Shown piece after piece: positions 46,978-47,443 of a DNA stretch of 47,443 bases. Every line of letters starts with the position of its first letter. The stretch's first letter is position 1. Location: contig JAUNXF010000003.1 in NCBI GenBank assembly GCA_030539935.1, positions 1 through 47,443 on the forward strand, in the 5' to 3' direction. The position numbers were made by a program, and so were the translations under genes. The notes under the pieces are model-generated. The model saw nothing but the letters and a program-made list of their open reading frames with translations. It was not told the DNA's origin and made no database searches. This DNA is from Methanobrevibacter sp. (GTDB lineage Archaea; Methanobacteriota; Methanobacteria; Methanobacteriales; Methanobacteriaceae).

Positions 46978-47443
46978 ATGGATAAAGAATTTTTCAAAGG
47001 TATGAATTTGGATGAGGATATTAGTGAAGAAGATTTCCAATACATTGTAGAAAGTTGGGAAAAGGTTCAGGACTTTTTATCCAAAGAAGAATTCATAGAC
47101 AAATTTAATGAAAATAAGGAAGAATACAAAGATGCTTCTTTTTTCAGCAACGATAAGGATTATGTAAACTTAGTGGTAAATAAATTTACAGGAAGGGAAG
47201 CGGAACCTATTCCAACTTTTGATACAGAGACTCCAAGTAAGATCGCTGATGTTGAACCTGGCCATAACGGTTTTTCTGCTGTTGCAAGAGTAATGGCTAT
47301 TTCCAATCCTAAAATATTCACTACAAGAAAAGGGGATGCTGGAAAGCTATGCAATTTGCAGATTGCTGATGATACAGATAATGTAAGACTTGTCCTCTGG
47401 ACTGAAAACATTAAACATCTTAAGCACATCAACGAAGGGGACA
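46978..47443 (+). CDS. OB-fold nucleic-acid-binding protein (replication protein A-like), 3'-partial; not in the ORF track
   Basis: GAGG RBS; MDKEFFKG...ARVMAISNPKIFTTRKGDAGKLCNLQIADDTDNVRLVLW...NEGD is a typical archaeal RPA OB-fold pattern. The frame is open to the window end. Confidence 0.8.
   Translation, partial: MDKEFFKGMNLDEDISEEDFQYIVESWEKVQDFLSKEEFIDKFNENKEEYKDASFFSNDKDYVNLVVNKFTGREAEPIPTFDTETPSKIADVEPGHNGFSAVARVMAISNPKIFTTRKGDAGKLCNLQIADDTDNVRLVLWTENIKHLKHINEGD

Noticed and set aside
46834-47432. Minus-strand ORFs 46834-47040 and 47160-47432
   Set aside because: Antisense to the RPA-like gene starting at 46978, which the track omitted because it has no stop in the window.

Overview
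AT-rich archaeal chromosomal segment, most consistent with a rumen-type Methanobrevibacter (methanogenesis marker 11, TfrA, archaeal-type RibH, adhesin-like proteins, GGTG/GGAG Shine-Dalgarno sites). In order: three tandem large adhesin-like genes (the third with an intact papain-family C1A protease domain); MtaD/DadD deaminase; a block of flavodoxin/ferredoxin, aldo-keto reductase and MarR genes; tfrA; a bacterial-type ribB preceded by a complete FMN riboswitch whose expression platform appears to sequester the start codon; two paralogous ~90-aa membrane proteins resembling split halves of an MntP-like transporter; a frameshifted, truncated ABC1/UbiB pseudogene; another adhesin; YhgE/Pip; nitroreductase; an ICMT-family protein; dusB; mmp11-ribH; an unannotated 28-aa membrane peptide; glycosyltransferases; leuCDB; wecC; an rfbDACB-GT2-GT2-priming transferase polysaccharide cluster; a ~900-bp AT-rich gap; and the start of an RPA-like OB-fold gene. 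No tRNA, rRNA, CRISPR array or transposase was seen. The most notable signals are the archaeal FMN riboswitch with a bacterial-style translational switch, the split transporter pair, mosaic adhesin C-termini, and recurrent short tandem duplications, five of them with a 47-49 bp period.
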